The position numbers were made by a program, and so were the translations under genes. The notes beneath the pieces are model-generated. The model made no database searches. It was given only the letters and a program-made list of their open reading frames with translations, and was not told where the DNA came from. Positions 38,465-51,767 of a DNA stretch of 64,000 nt are shown here, piece by piece. Every line of letters begins with the position of its first letter. Position 1 is the stretch's first letter. The stretch is from Chiloscyllium plagiosum (lineage: Eukaryota): assembly GCF_004010195.1 (NCBI RefSeq), contig NC_057719.1:28567153-28631152 (forward strand), in the 5' to 3' direction.

Positions 38465-41400
38465 CTGTTGCATTGTTCTGGAACATTGGGGGAAAAAAAG
38501 TCAAAACAACAGCAGTTTTAAAAGGGAGAAGAACAGACAAAGGAAGCACATAGTGAGGTCAGTGCAGGAGAGAGAGAGAGAAAGAAATTGACACTGCCTT
38601 TGCTGTTTGAATTCATGTATCGCTAGACATTGAAGTGCATCTGGGAAAATTAACAAACAGTGCAATTCACAACTGATCTTGGAGGAACTGTTGCGCGAAG
38701 TTCACAGTACAGAATCAGATAAGTTAATTGTTTTAAGTGTGGCCTACAGAAAGTCTGCAGTAGTGAGGAGAGTGGGTTCTTTCTTGATTATATTTGATTA
38801 GATTACTTACAGCGTGGAAACAGACCCTTCGGCCCAAAAGGTCCACACCGACCCGCCACCCAACCAGACCCATTCCCCTACATTAACCCCTTCACCTAAC
38901 ACTATGGGCAATTTAGCATGGCCAATTCACTTAACCTGCACATTTTTGGACTGTGGGAAGAAACCAGAGCACCTGGAGGAAACCCACGCAGACACGGAGA
39001 GAATGTGCGAATACCACATAGTCAGTCGCCTGAGACGGGAGTTGAACCCAGGTCTCTGGCGCTGTGAGGCAGCATTGCTAATCACTGTGCTACTGTGCCG
39101 CACATGGATATGTCTCTTGATTAAACTTAAAATATAAACCATAACTATTAATTTAACCCGGGGCAGTGTTTGTAGAGGAATAAGATGGTGTTAGTTTCTG
39201 GGTCTGTAGATTGTGAAGGAGCATAAATAGCCTTTGATAGAGTGATATGTACTTCTTGTCAGATGTGGGAGTTTAAAGAGAGTTTAAGGGTTACTGTGGA
39301 TTATATCTGCCATAAATGCTGTTGGTTGCAAATCTCATCAGATCGAATGGATCGGTTGGAGAGACAGTTAGAAGCAATGAGGAATTTGCAACAGCAACAC
39401 TGTGTGATGAATGGCAGTTATAGGAAGAGGGAAAGTCTCAGATACAATCTGTCACATAGATGGGTTAACTCCAGGAAAGGTAAGAGAGGTAGGCAGGTAG
39501 TGCAGGAGTCTTTTGTGGCTATACCCATTTCAAACAAGTATGCTGTTTTGGAAAATGTAGGGGGTGATGGATTCTCAGGGGAACGTAGCACAAACAGCCA
39601 AGTTTCTGGTATTGAGACTGGCTCTAATGCAATGAGGGGTACGTCGGGTTCAAAGAGATCAATTGTGTTAGGGGATTCTCTAGTCCGAGATACAGACAAG
39701 ACGTTTCTGTGGCCAGCAGCGAAAAATCAGAATGGTGTTTTGCTTCCCTGGTGGCAGAATCAAGGATGTCTCGGGGAGAGTGCAGAATGTTCTGCAGGGG
39801 GAGAGCGGCCAGCAGGAGGTCATTGTCCACATTGGAACCAATGACATAGGAAGGGAAAAGGTTGAGATTCTGAAGGGAGATTACAGTGAGTTAGGTAGGA
39901 ATTTAAAAAGGAGGTCCTCGAGGGTAGTAATATCTGGATTACTCCCAGGGCTACGAACTAGTGAGGGCAGGAATAGGAGGATAGAGCAGATGAATGCTTG
40001 GCTGAGGAGCTGGTGTATGGGAGAAGGATTAACATTTTTGGATCATTGGAATCTCTTTTGGGGTAGAAGTGACCTGAATAAGAAGGACGGATTGTACCTA
40101 AATTGGAAGGGGACTAATATACTGGCACGGAACGTTGCGAGAACTGCTTGGGAGGATTTAAACTAGTAAGGTGGGAGGGGGTGGGATCCAGGGAGATAAT
40201 GAGGAAAGAGATCAATCTGAGACTGATACAGTTGAGAACAGAAGCGAGTCAAACATTCAGGGCAGGTAGGGACAAGGTAGGACTAACAAATTAAACTGCA
40301 TTTATTTCAATGCAAGGGGCCTAACAGGGAAGGCAGATGAACTCAGGACATGGTAAGGAACATGGGACTGGGATATCATAGCAATTACAGAAACATGGCT
40401 CAGGGATGGGCAGGACTGGCAGCTGAATGTTCCAGGATACAAATACTACAGGAAGGATAGAAAGGGAGGCATGAGAGGAGGGGGAGTGGCATTTTTGATA
40501 AGGGATAGCATTACAGCTGTACTAGGGAGGGTATTCCCAGAAATACATCCAGGGAAGTTATTTAGGTGGAGCTGAGAAGTAAGAAAGGGTTGATCACCTT
40601 ATTGGGATTGTATTATAGACCCCCTAAGTCAGAGGGAAATTGAGAAACAAACTTGTAAGGAGATTTCAGCTATCTGTAAGAATAATAGGGTGGTTATGGT
40701 AGAGGATTTTAACTTTCCAAACGTCGACTGGGACTGCCATAGTGTTAAAGGTTTAGATGGAGAGGAATTTGTTAAGTGTGTACAAGAAACTTTTGTGATT
40801 CAGTTTGTGGATGTACCTACTATAGAAAGTGCAAAACCTGACCTACTCTTGGGAAATAAGGCAGGGCAGTGTGACTGAGGTGTCAGTGGGGGAGCACTTT
40901 GGGGCCAGCGACCATAATCCTATTAGATTTAAAATAGTTACGGAAAAGGATAGACCAGATCTAAAAGTTGAAGTTCTAAATTGGAGAAAGGCCAATTTTG
41001 ACGGTATTAGGCAAGAACTTTCGAAAGCTGATTGGAGACAGATGTTCGCAGGTAAAGGGACGGCAGGAAAATGAGAAGCCTTCAGAAATGAGATAACAAG
41101 AACCCAGAGAAAGTATATTCCTGTTAGGGTGTAAGGAAAGGCTAGTAGGTATAGGGAATGCTGGATGACTAAAGAAATTGAGGATTTGGCTAAGAAAAAG
41201 AAGGAAGCATGTGTAAGGTATAGATCGAGTGAATCCTTAGAGTATAAAGGCAGTAGGAGTATACTTAAGAGGGAAATCAGGAGCGCAAAATGGGGACAAG
41301 AGTTAGCTTTGGCAAATAGAATTAAGGAGAATCCAAAGGGTTTTTACAAATACATTAAGGACAAAAGGGTAATTAGGGAGAGAATATGGACCCTCAAAAA

Positions 41401-43157
41401 TCAGCAAGGTGGCCTTTGTGTGGAGCTGCAGAAAATGAGGGAGATACTAAACGAGTATTTTGTGTCAGTATTTACTGTGGAAAAGGATATGAAAGATATA
41501 CACTGTAGATATAGATGGTGACACCTTGCAAAATGTCCATATTACAGAGGAGGAAGTGCTGGAATTCTTGAATCACGTAAAGTTGGATAAATCCCCAGGA
41601 CTTGATCCGGTGTACCCTAGAACTCTGTGGGAAGCTAGAGAAGTGATTGCTGGGCCTCTTACTGAGATATTTGTATCATTGATAGTCACAGGTGAGGTGC
41701 TGAAAGATTGGAGGTTGGCTAACGTGGTGCCACTGTTTAAGAAGGGTGGTAAGGACAAGCGAGGAACTACAGACCAGTGAGTCTGACGTCAATTGTGGGC
41801 AAATTGTTGGAGGGAATCCTGAGGGACAGGATGTACATGTATTTGGAAAGGCAAGGACTGATTAGGGATAGTCAATATAGCTTTGTGCGTGGGAAGTCAT
41901 GTCTCACAAACTTGATTGAGTTTTTTGAGGAAGTAACAAAGAGAATTGATCAGGGCAGAGCGGTAGATGTGATCTACGTGGACTTCAGTTAGGTGTTCGA
42001 CAAGGTTCCCCATGGGAGACTGATTAGCAAGGTTAGATCTCACGGAATACAGGGAGAACTAGCCATTTGGATATAGAACTGGCTCAAAGGTATAAGACAG
42101 AGGGTGGTGGTGGGGGGTTGTTTTTCAGACTGGAGGCCTGTGACCAGTGGAGTGCCACAAGGATTGGTGCTGGGTTCCTCTACTTTTTTGTCACTTAAAT
42201 AAATGATTTGAATGCGCGCATAAGAGATACACTTAGTAAGTTTGCAGATGACACCAAAATTGGAGGTGCATGGACAGCGAAGAGGGTTACCTCAAATTAC
42301 AACAGGATCTTGACCAGATGGGCCAATGGGCAGAGAAGTGGCAGATGGAGTTTAATTCGGATAAATGCGAGGTGCTGCATTTTGGGAAAGCAAATCTTAG
42401 CAGGACTTATACACTTAATGGTAAGGTCCGAAGGAGTGTTGCTGAACGAAGAGACCTTGGAGTGCAGGTTCATAGCTCCTTGAAAGTGGAGTCGCAGGTA
42501 GATAGGCTGGTGAAGGTGGCGCTTGGTATGCTTTCCTTTATTGGTCAGAATATTGAGTACAGGAGTTGGGAAGTCATGTTGCGGCTGTGCAGGACATTGG
42601 TTCGGGCACTTTTGGAATATTTTGGCAGTTTTGGTCTCCTTCCTATCGGAAAGATGTTGTGAAACGTGAAAGGGTTCAGAAAAGATTTACCATTATGTTG
42701 CCAAGGTTGGAGGATTTGAGATATGGGGAGATGCTGAACAGGCTGAGGCTGTTTTTCCTGGAGAATCGGAGGCTGAGGGGCGACCTTATAGTGGTTTACA
42801 AAATTATGAGGGGCATGGATAGGATAAATAGACAAAGTCTTTTCCCTGGGGTCAGGGAGTCCAGAACTAGAGGGCATAGGTTTAGGGTGAGAGGGGAAAG
42901 ATATAAAAGAGACCTATGGGGCAATGTTTTCACGCAGAGGGTGGTACGTGTATGGAATGAGCTGCCAGAGGATGTGGTGGAGGCTGGTACAATTGCAACA
43001 TTTAAGAGGCATTTGGATGGGTATATGAATAGGAAGGGTTTGGAGGGATATGAGCCGGGTGCTGGCAGGTGGGACGAGATTGGGTTGGGATATCTGGTTG
43101 TCATGGACGGGTTGGACTGGAGGGTCTGTTTCCATGCTGTACATCTCTATGACTCTA
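38465..43157 (+). mobile_element. Near full-length CR1 LINE (ORF1 zinc finger/leucine zipper/esterase; ORF2 APE and RT), inactivated
   Basis: CTSC..CHKC, VLGDSLVR, HIGTNDIG, DGL.LN; CIYFNARGL, ITETWL; RT motifs; CTCTATGA tail; several stops and frameshifts. Confidence 0.92.
38796..39102 (-). mobile_element. HE1-type SINE nested in the CR1 5' region
   Basis: GATTAGATTACTTACAG tail and SINE body. Confidence 0.88.
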
Positions 43158-43248
43158 TGTTGTATGTGATAGCCTCTGTAATGTAAGGAGCTTAACACAA
43201 GAATCTCTAAATCATTTCATTGGGTCCACTTGACTTAACTGACATTAT

Positions 43249-43380
43249 CGAGCTTCCTGAAGAAGGGCTTATGCCCGAAACATCGATTCTCCTGTTCCCT
43301 GGATGCTGTCTGACCTGCTGCGCTTTTCCAGCAACACATTTTCAGCTCTGATCTCCAGCATCTGCAGACCTCAATTTCTC
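43249..43380 (+). mobile_element. Single-arm Penelope-like element, same family as 28870
   Basis: Near-identical to 28973-29102; direct repeat CTTAACTGACATTAT at 43234 and 43381. Confidence 0.8.
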
Positions 43381-44034
43381 CTTAACTGACATTATTACTA
43401 ACTACTCATCTACCAGTTAAATCTGAATCTGGTCAACGCTTTTCCTTGTAGCATTCTGGTTGAAGATTTTGATGATAAACTATATCTTGTCTCCTTTTAT
43501 TTCCCTCTGTTTACAAACAGAAAGTAACAGAGAAACATTTAGCACTTTCAAGAATTTCAATTTTGTCTCCTCAGTACTTGCATTGATTAATTTTTTGAAA
43601 TGTTCAGCAGTTCTAACCTGTTTTTATAATCAAACATGCCAATAAGTATTCACTAATAATGAGACAAGATTTTTTTTAACCACATTAGTACATTTAAAGT
43701 TATATTGATAAATTAACTCAAAGTCAAAAATTAAAAAAATTGAATCATAACCAGTTTTGAAAATTGAAATCTTGCTTTTGGAAAATATCCCCTTTTGGTT
43801 GAATCAAGTCACTATTTACCACCATCTGGCCCCAAAACTTAAACTGTAAATGATCTGTTCTCCATACTTTCTGCTCTGTCACGAGTCAACCTTGTATATA
43901 GAATTATAGTAAAGGGATAAAAGGTTACAGGGAGAAAGCAGGAGAATGGGTTGAGAAACATAGCCATGTTTAAATGATGGAGCAGACTCAAAGGACAGAA
44001 TGGCTTAATTCTGCTTCTATATCTTATGATCTTG

Positions 44035-45335
44035 TAACATCATACAGTACAGAAGGGGCCATTGTATCTGCACCAACTAAACTATTCTAAATCTCCAATA
44101 TTCCCACTTTCCAGTGCTTAGCCCATAGCCTTGAATGTTGTGGCATTTCATGTGCTTATCCAAGTATTTTTTAAAGATTGTAGATCAATTAAGTTGAATA
44201 GCTGCATTCTATCCATCCTATTACATGTCCTTCATAATCTAATACACCTCAGTCAAGTTCCCCTTTCAGCCTTTTGTACTGTAGAAAACACAACCTGAAC
44301 TTATCCAGTTTCTCTTCAGAACGAATATTCTCCATTCCAGGCAACATTTCCCCCCCACCACCATCACCACTATCACCATCACCTTGTTATAGTGTGGTGT
44401 TCAGAACTGAGCACACAACTCCAGCTGTGGCCTTACCAAAGTTTTGTAAAGCTCCAACGTAACCACCCTGCTCGTGTAATCTATGTCACTACTTATAAAG
44501 ACAAGTGTCCCATATACCTTCTTAATTAGCCTATTAACATGTGCTGCTGCCTTTAGGGATCTGTGGGCAATCACCCCAAGATCCTTCTATTCCTCTGAGC
44601 TTCCAATGTCCTGCCATTCACTGACTCCCTTGTTTGTTAGTTCTTTCAAAGTAAATCACCTCACACGTTTCAGAGTTAAATTCCATCAGCCCTTCTGAAC
44701 AAATCTGTCTATGTCCTCCTGAATCTCAGAATGTTTGCATCATTTCTTGAACTTCATTCTCCTGGTCATGATTTGCTTCTATAAACAACCAGTGATTTGT
44801 TATAATGGGTAATGAAGCTCTCTCAAGGGTTCACTTTTTTCTTCATGCTCACTAGGATAGTTTTTCCGTTGTGCAAATTGAATTTTATCATGTTACTAAG
44901 TAACCAATGGGGAATTCTGCCTTCAACACCACCATAAGAATTGTAAAAATGTATACTTTTAAAAAAATGTAACTAAGACATTTTTTCTCACTGTCAACCA
45001 CCTAGCCAATGTCATCTGCAAACTTGTTTATCATCTACATCATTTATATGCATCACAAACAATAAGGGAGTTAGCATCGATCCCTGTGGTATGCCTTTAG
45101 TCACACAAACAGCTTCTAACACCCCCCCTGTTTCCTACCATTTAGCCAATTTTTGATCCAATTTGCCAAGTTACCCAGATTTCATGTGCCATTACCTTCC
45201 TTATTAGTCTCCCAGTTAAGACCTGGTCAAAGGCCTCACTGAAATCCATAAAAACTACATAAACTGCACTACCTTCATCTTCATACCTGATCACCAACTC
45301 GAAAAATTCCATCAAATTGTTAGGCATGACATTCA
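44035..45335 (-). mobile_element. Old CR1 fragment carrying an inserted copy of TRMT5 3' UTR
   Basis: MDFSEAFD and KFADD motifs on the minus strand; interrupted at 44721-44971. Confidence 0.75.
44721..44971 (+). repeat. Local duplicate of 46272-46516
   Basis: About 17 substitutions and a few small indels over about 245 bp by manual alignment. Confidence 0.92.
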
Positions 45336-45355
45336 TCTGACAAAGCTGACAAAGT

Positions 45356-45660
45356 GGGCAGCACAGTGGTTAACACTGCTGCCTCACAGCGCCAAAGACC
45401 TGGGTTCAATACCCGCCTCAGGTGACTGTCTGTGTGGAGTTTGCACATTCTCCCAGTGTCTGCGTGGGTTTCCTCCCACAGTCCAAAAAAAAAGTGCACG
45501 TGAACTGGCCATGCTAAATTGCCCGTAGTGTTAGGTGAAGGGGTAAATGTAGGGGAATGGGTCTGGGTGGGTTGCGCTTCATTGGGTCGGTGTGGACTTG
45601 TTGGGCCGGTGTGGACTTGTTGGGCCGAAGGGCCTGTTTCCACACTGTAAGTAATCTAAT
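45356..45660 (+). mobile_element. HE1-type SINE
   Basis: B box GGTTCAATACC; ACTGTAAGTAATCTAAT tail. Confidence 0.88.
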
Positions 45661-46122
45661 CCCTGATCAAACCATGCCTCTCCAAATGGAGATTAATTTT
45701 CTCCTTCCAATATCTTATTCATGCTTCAAACTAACTATTAGAAACTAGGTGAACATTGCAGTCCCTTTGATGACCTGATCTATGTTACCATTTAGAGAAA
45801 CAGGTAAATGCCAGGAAACCAAGTGTCTATTTACCATTTGCATATTCATTGAATGTCATTTAAATTGTGGACTGCTCAGTTTAGTGTGTCTGCTTTAAGG
45901 ACAGCATTGCATGTCAACAGGAATTGACTGAACTAATAAAATACATATTAACGGTATTAATTTGTAAGTCAGAAAAATAGCAGAACATGGAAACACAGTA
46001 GATGTTAGTGATCAAAGCATCAAATGTTTAAAAAAGAATCATTTTTTTCCTGCAAGTTTGGGAGTTTGGCTCCAGTTCATGAGTTCTGTTACTAATATAC
46101 AATCTCGCTTTCATCTTTCCAG

Positions 46123-46193
46123 ACAATACTGAAGAACCAGCTCCAAAACGTCTACGGCCAGATGAGGTTACTGCCTCAGAAGGACCACAGTGA
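46123..46193 (+). CDS. TRMT5: TRMT5 last coding exon, (D)NTEEPAPKRLRPDEVTASEGPQ*
   Basis: Polypyrimidine tract plus CAG; phase 1 matches exon 4; P..KR.R motif; total CDS 1500 nt. Confidence 0.88.
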
Positions 46194-47087
46194 CTTGTGA
46201 TAAATGAGCAACATCATTTTTAGCAGTTAAGAAACCGAATACAGTGCAATTTAATTACCAGTCAGTAAAAGGAATCTCAGAATGTTTGCATCATTTCCTG
46301 GACTCCATACTCCTGGTCATGATTTGCTTCTATAAACAGCCAGTGATTTGTTATAATGGGTAATGAAGCCCTCTCAAGGGTTCACTTTTTTCATGCTCAC
46401 TAGGATAGTTTTTCCATTGAGCATATTGAATTCTATCATGTTAATAAGTAACCAAAGGGAAATTCTGCCTTCAACACCACCATCAGAACTGCAAAAATAT
46501 ATATTTTAAAAATGTATTGTACATTAATCATTATTATTTTTTGGAATTGAAATAGTTCGAATTATGTTTTGCACAGCAGAGAACATTTCAGTCGGTTTGA
46601 GAATAGATGGCTTCAATCCAACTGCAGTAAAATCATTTGTATTTGTCATGAACATATTTTTTTCAGCTCTATGTCTCATGAATAGGCATTCATTTTACGA
46701 GAGAAATGAAGCAATTGTTATTTTGTTGAAACACTGTACAAATTAAGTGTATTTTAATTTTGTTAATTTTAACTCATTTAAGTAAAATGTTCTGAGATTG
46801 TTCAGAATGGAATGCTAGTTCCTTCTGCACTTTTATACATTTGATTCATTATCATTACACAGTGGTAAATCTACTCAGGTGTAATAATGACGTTGATACG
46901 GTCTTTTCTTTTATATATCAAAGATAATGAAAGCCAGTCAGATAATTGTTTAGTATCATCAGAGGTAATGAAATAGGATGAGAGTAAAGTACTTTGAAGT
47001 TGTACAATGCAGTCACAAATCTATTTTGTTGGGTTCTTTAAATTAACGTATCCCTACATTTCCTGTTATGAAATAATTCATATTTTT

Positions 47088-47093
47088 AATAAA
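47088..47093 (+). terminator. Candidate TRMT5 polyadenylation signal AATAAA
   Basis: First canonical hexamer I found after the stop, about 0.9 kb into an AT-rich UTR; another at 47267. Confidence 0.4.
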
Positions 47094-48837
47094 AATCTGA
47101 ATGAATCTAAGTAGACAAGAGCCTTGTGAATAGGCTGTAGCTAATTAGACAGGTTTGGTTTATTTTTTAATACAGAATTATTTGCTAATTAATGTAAACA
47201 ATATTGATAAGGAATGGAATATATTTTTGCTTGAAAAGCAAAATAATGTTGATGCCAGAAAGCTGAAATAAAAACAAGAGTCTGCTGGGAATACTCAGCA
47301 ATCTGGCAACATTTGTATGTAGAGAAAAAGAGTTAACACTTCAGGTCTGTGACCTGTTCTCATATATTTCTGTTCTTGGGTCAATATCAGGCATCATAAT
47401 GAGAAATGCCTTGATTAGCTCCACAAGTATTTTCTTCTTTATTGCCTGAAAACTGCTCAGGAAACTCTCTCCAAAACGCCAATACAGGCAGTGTGTGACA
47501 TTTATTATACATATCAAACACTTTTGTGAGTGTCATTCTTGACTCCTGTCTCTTTTTAAATGTCATTGCAAGCAACTGTTATATTATGAATGATACATTT
47601 AATAGAGGTTTTAGGGATGTCTCACTTAAAGTTCATATTTCTGTGCTACACTTGAAAGAGAAATAATTTTTAAAGGATCCTTTCAGGACCCAAGCCAGGA
47701 TATATGCAGACACTTATTAATAACCCTATCCTGTTTTTTACTCGATAATTCTTAGTTGACCCTTCTGTAAATCAAACTGCAGCAGACAGAAGATGATTTA
47801 CCCTTAAAACAATGCGCACACTTCAAATGTCATACAGGTGTGCATCCTCTGGTTTAGATTGCATAGCACAGTGGCGTGGAGAAAGGTCAGGAGTGTGGCA
47901 GCATTCACATTATGGTTATCAACCCTGTTGATAATGTGGGGACCTTCTCGAATTATTGATCCGTTACGACCCTAGAAAAAAACACTTTGTATTTGTGGTT
48001 TCAACTTCAGTTGTTTCCAAGTGACAGCTTTCTGAAAAATATTGTGTGAAAGGGCAAAATATTCAAGTTGTCTGCCAGTAAAGCTAAAAGGGCTGCTCTG
48101 GACTTTGTTTTTATTATTTTTACTGAGCAGTTAAAAGTAATTAAATACCAGTAGTTTATGCTATGTGTTGTGAGGCATTCAGCATTCTTAGATTGACATT
48201 AATTGCTGTAGCAGTTGTCACTTTTGCACATTACAGAAAAATATTCAATATTTTTCAAAATACAGCTTTCTAACTTCACTGAATCCTGGTTCAGATAGTG
48301 ATTTTTATTCCTTCATGATTTTAAATTTAAATTTCAGCTTTGAAATACGTTCTTTTTGGTTTTTTGAAGGTTTTGTACGTGAATAGAATTCTTGGTAATC
48401 AGCTCCCTAAGAAGCTTCATTCTGTACATCTGTTACTTCATTCCGTGACCATCAAACCTTTCCCTTTGATTAAACTCTGGTCTATTGGTTGGGTGCATTT
48501 TAGCCCTTACTTCGATTGCCCATTCTCCTATCATACCTGCTTATCACTTTCTTCACTGAGCACAGAATCTTTTTTTTCTCAAATTTAGCTTCCTGCTTTC
48601 TGGACTTTTCTGGACATCAAGATTATACTTTTGCACGGGACTACACTGGGAGTACACCATAAGTTTCAGTCGCTATGCATCTGACCTGCTGTTTAAATTT
48701 AGAAGTAATTTGGGTCTATTCGCAGACCATTCCAAACTACTGTTGTTCCCTACTGACTCTATGACCGGTCTACTGGTTTTTCAGCTTCAGCTACGGTATG
48801 ATTCCTGACTCGAGTCGTAAAGGGCGAAAGGACATTA

Positions 48838-49045
48838 CATAGAGTTATAGAGATGTTCAGCATGGAAACAGACCCTTTGGTCTAATTTGTCCATGCCAAC
48901 CAGATATCCTAATCTAATCTAGTTCCATTTGCTACCACTTGGCCCATATCTCTCTCAACCCTTCCTATTCATTTCCCATCAAATCCCTTTTAAATGTTAT
49001 AATTGCACTAGCCCCCACCACTTCCTCTGGCAGCTCATTCCATGT
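48838..49045 (-). mobile_element. CR1 3' end
   Basis: CATAGAGTTATAGAGATG tail and UTR homology. Confidence 0.8.
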
Positions 49046-49809
49046 ATCCTATTTTTTGTTCATCCAGGGATATGGGCTTTGGCTGAGCCAATATTATCAC
49101 CCATCCACAGTTGCCTTTGAGAAAGAGGGTGATGGTGAGTTGCCTTCTTGAACTGTTTTGGCACAAATATACCCACAATGCTGTTAGGGAGGGATTTCCA
49201 GAATTTTGACCCAGCATCACGAAAGGAATGGTGAAATAGTTCCACATAAGGATGGTGAGTCATTTGGAGAGGACATTGCAGGTGTATTTGTTGCACTTGA
49301 GTTCTTCCAGATGAAAATGGTTGTGGGTTCGAAGCTGTTAAGGAGCTTCTGTAACTTTCTGCATTGCATGTTGGTATCTGTGCATTGGTGCAGAGGGAGT
49401 GAATGCTTGAAGACGTGGTGTCAATTGAACAGGCTGCCTAGTCCTGGATAGTGTTAAGCTGCTGTTGGAACTTTTTTCCATTAAGGCAGATGCAAAGTTG
49501 TCCATCACACTCTTGACTTATAATCCCAGTTAATTTTTATTTCAGGACAATTCCCAAACAAAAATCTAGCTTGATAGATTTTTGTTTTAGTTAACCAGGT
49601 AGTCTTTCACTGAAACACAAACATGCAATGTTGCAGATTTGGTTCAACAATTAAATAGTATTATGCAAAAGAAAAATGAAACCATAAACAAAACTATTTA
49701 CATAGACACATTTAAAAGATTTTGAAACTGTAAAAATACAACCCCTTCTAACCCAACATCCATCACTTTATAGTACTCAAACACTGGAGACAGTTTATAT
49801 CTCCATCAT

Positions 49810-50578
49810 TTAGGGTGTAGGTTTGATATCCAGACGTTTCATTACGTGGCTAGGTAACATAATCAGTGGTGACCTCCAAGTGAAACGAAGCTGTTGTCTC
49901 CTGCTTTCTATTTATATCTTTCTCCTGGACAGGGATCCTGGGGTTTGTGGTGATGTCATTTCCTCCTCGTTTTCTGAGGGGTTGATAGATGGCATCTAGA
50001 TCGATGTGCTTGTTTATAGCACACAAACCCACCAACACTCTCAAACAAAAACTAACAAACTTAAAAGACACAGTACAACCCATGGACAAAACTAATGTCA
50101 TCTATAAAATTCCATGCAAGAACTGCCACAAACACTACGTAGGACAAACATGAAGAAAGTTAGCCACCAGGATACATGAACACCAGCTAGCCACAAAAAG
50201 ACACGACCCCCTCTCCCTCATAGCCCTACACACGGATGAAAAAAACCACCATTTCGACTGGCACAACACATCTATCCTGGGACAGGCTAAGCAAAAACAT
50301 GCCAGAGAATTCCTAGAGGCCTGGCACTCCAACCACAACGCCATAAACAAGCACATAGATCTAGATGCCATCTATCAACCTCTCCGAAAACGAACAAGAA
50401 ATGACATCACCACAAACCCCAGGAACCCCATCCAAGACAAGCATATAAATAGAAAGCAGGAGACAACAACTTCGCTTCACTTGGAGGTCGCCACTGATGA
50501 TGTTACCTAGCCAGGTAATGAAATGTCTGGATATCAAACCTACACCCTAAACCTCAACCTGAGCTACAAACCTTGCAA
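49810..50578 (+). mobile_element. Penelope-like retroelement: GIY-YIG endonuclease fragment, 3' pLTR and inverted 5' pLTR
   Basis: TNVIYKIPCKNCHKHYVGQT*RKLATRIHEH...REFLEAWHS...AINK; 49810-50020 is an inverted copy of 50340-50550; 13-bp TSD with one mismatch. Confidence 0.9.
50491..50530 (+). ncRNA. Type I minimal hammerhead ribozyme in the Penelope pLTR
   Basis: CCA-CTGATGA-T-GTTACCT(AGCC)AGGTAAT-GAAAT-GTC-TGG; mirror copy on the minus strand at 49830-49869. Confidence 0.7.
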
Positions 50579-51417
50579 ATATCCCCATCATGTCAATAGG
50601 TTTAACTTAATTGTTTATTTCAAATTCTGATATTGAGGGTTTGGTAGCCTCTTGATTTGCTCCACAACTGATTTTAGACTTTTCTCAGCTTTGAATAAGC
50701 CCAGTCAAGGTTCGACCCAAGTCCGGTCTGGAACTTTCATCCACATGTTGAAGTAACCTAATTCCTAACTTTTTTGATCTAACTCCTTTCCTTATGACAA
50801 TTTATTTTTCATTCAACTTCAACATAACGTTAATGAACTGAAAACACAAAGGTTTTCTAAGCTCTGGGTAACTTACCCCCCCCCCCCCCCACCAAAAAAA
50901 AATTCTTGATCTTTCTAAACTCTGTTGAGACAATCATAATTTGATGCCCAATGCCAACAAATTCCCATTAACGCTTCAATGACTCCCTCTCTCATGCTGG
51001 TTTTTGAAAAAAACTCAATGCTTCAAAAATACTGACATGTTAATCATGAAACGTCCTCACAGCAAAATCTACATGCCATTAGTTCAAAATCCAAATTCTT
51101 AAAACATTTTAAGTAACACATTTTACATCAACACCAGCCACCCAGAAGAATCGAAATGTATCTTTGAGTAATTTTCACTACCCATCAAGATTATCTTAAC
51201 ACTACTTCTATGGCACGTTAACAGTTGTGTACTGACATTAAAGATACAACACATTACAAAACAACCATATTTTACATATGTCCATAGGCACCACACACTA
51301 TCCTTCATATGTACTCTTAATAAAGCATCCTCTATACCATTTTCTTTATCAGGCACATGAACATTTCACAAATTATATTGTTTGAGAATTAAACTCCAAT
51401 TATTAAGGTTCTTTTCA

Positions 51418-51767
51418 TCATAGAACCCCTACAGTGTGGGAACAGGCCATTTGGCCCAACAAGTCCATACCAACCCTCTGAAAAGCATCCCACCCTAACC
51501 CATCCCCCTACCTTATCCCTGTAACCCTGAATGTCCTTTGGCTAATGCACCTAAACTACTCATCCCCAAACATTATGGACAATTTAGCATAGTCAATCCA
51601 CCTTGCACATTTTTGGACTGTGGGAAGAAATCAGAGCACCCAGCGAAAACCGACCCAGACACGGGGAGAACGTGCAAATTCCACACAGGTGCCTGAGGTC
51701 GGAATCGAACCTGGGTCTCTGGTGTTGTGAGGCAGCAATACTAACCACTGAGCCACCATACTGCCCT
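51418..51767 (-). mobile_element. HE1-type SINE
   Basis: A and B boxes plus tail on the minus strand. Confidence 0.85.
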
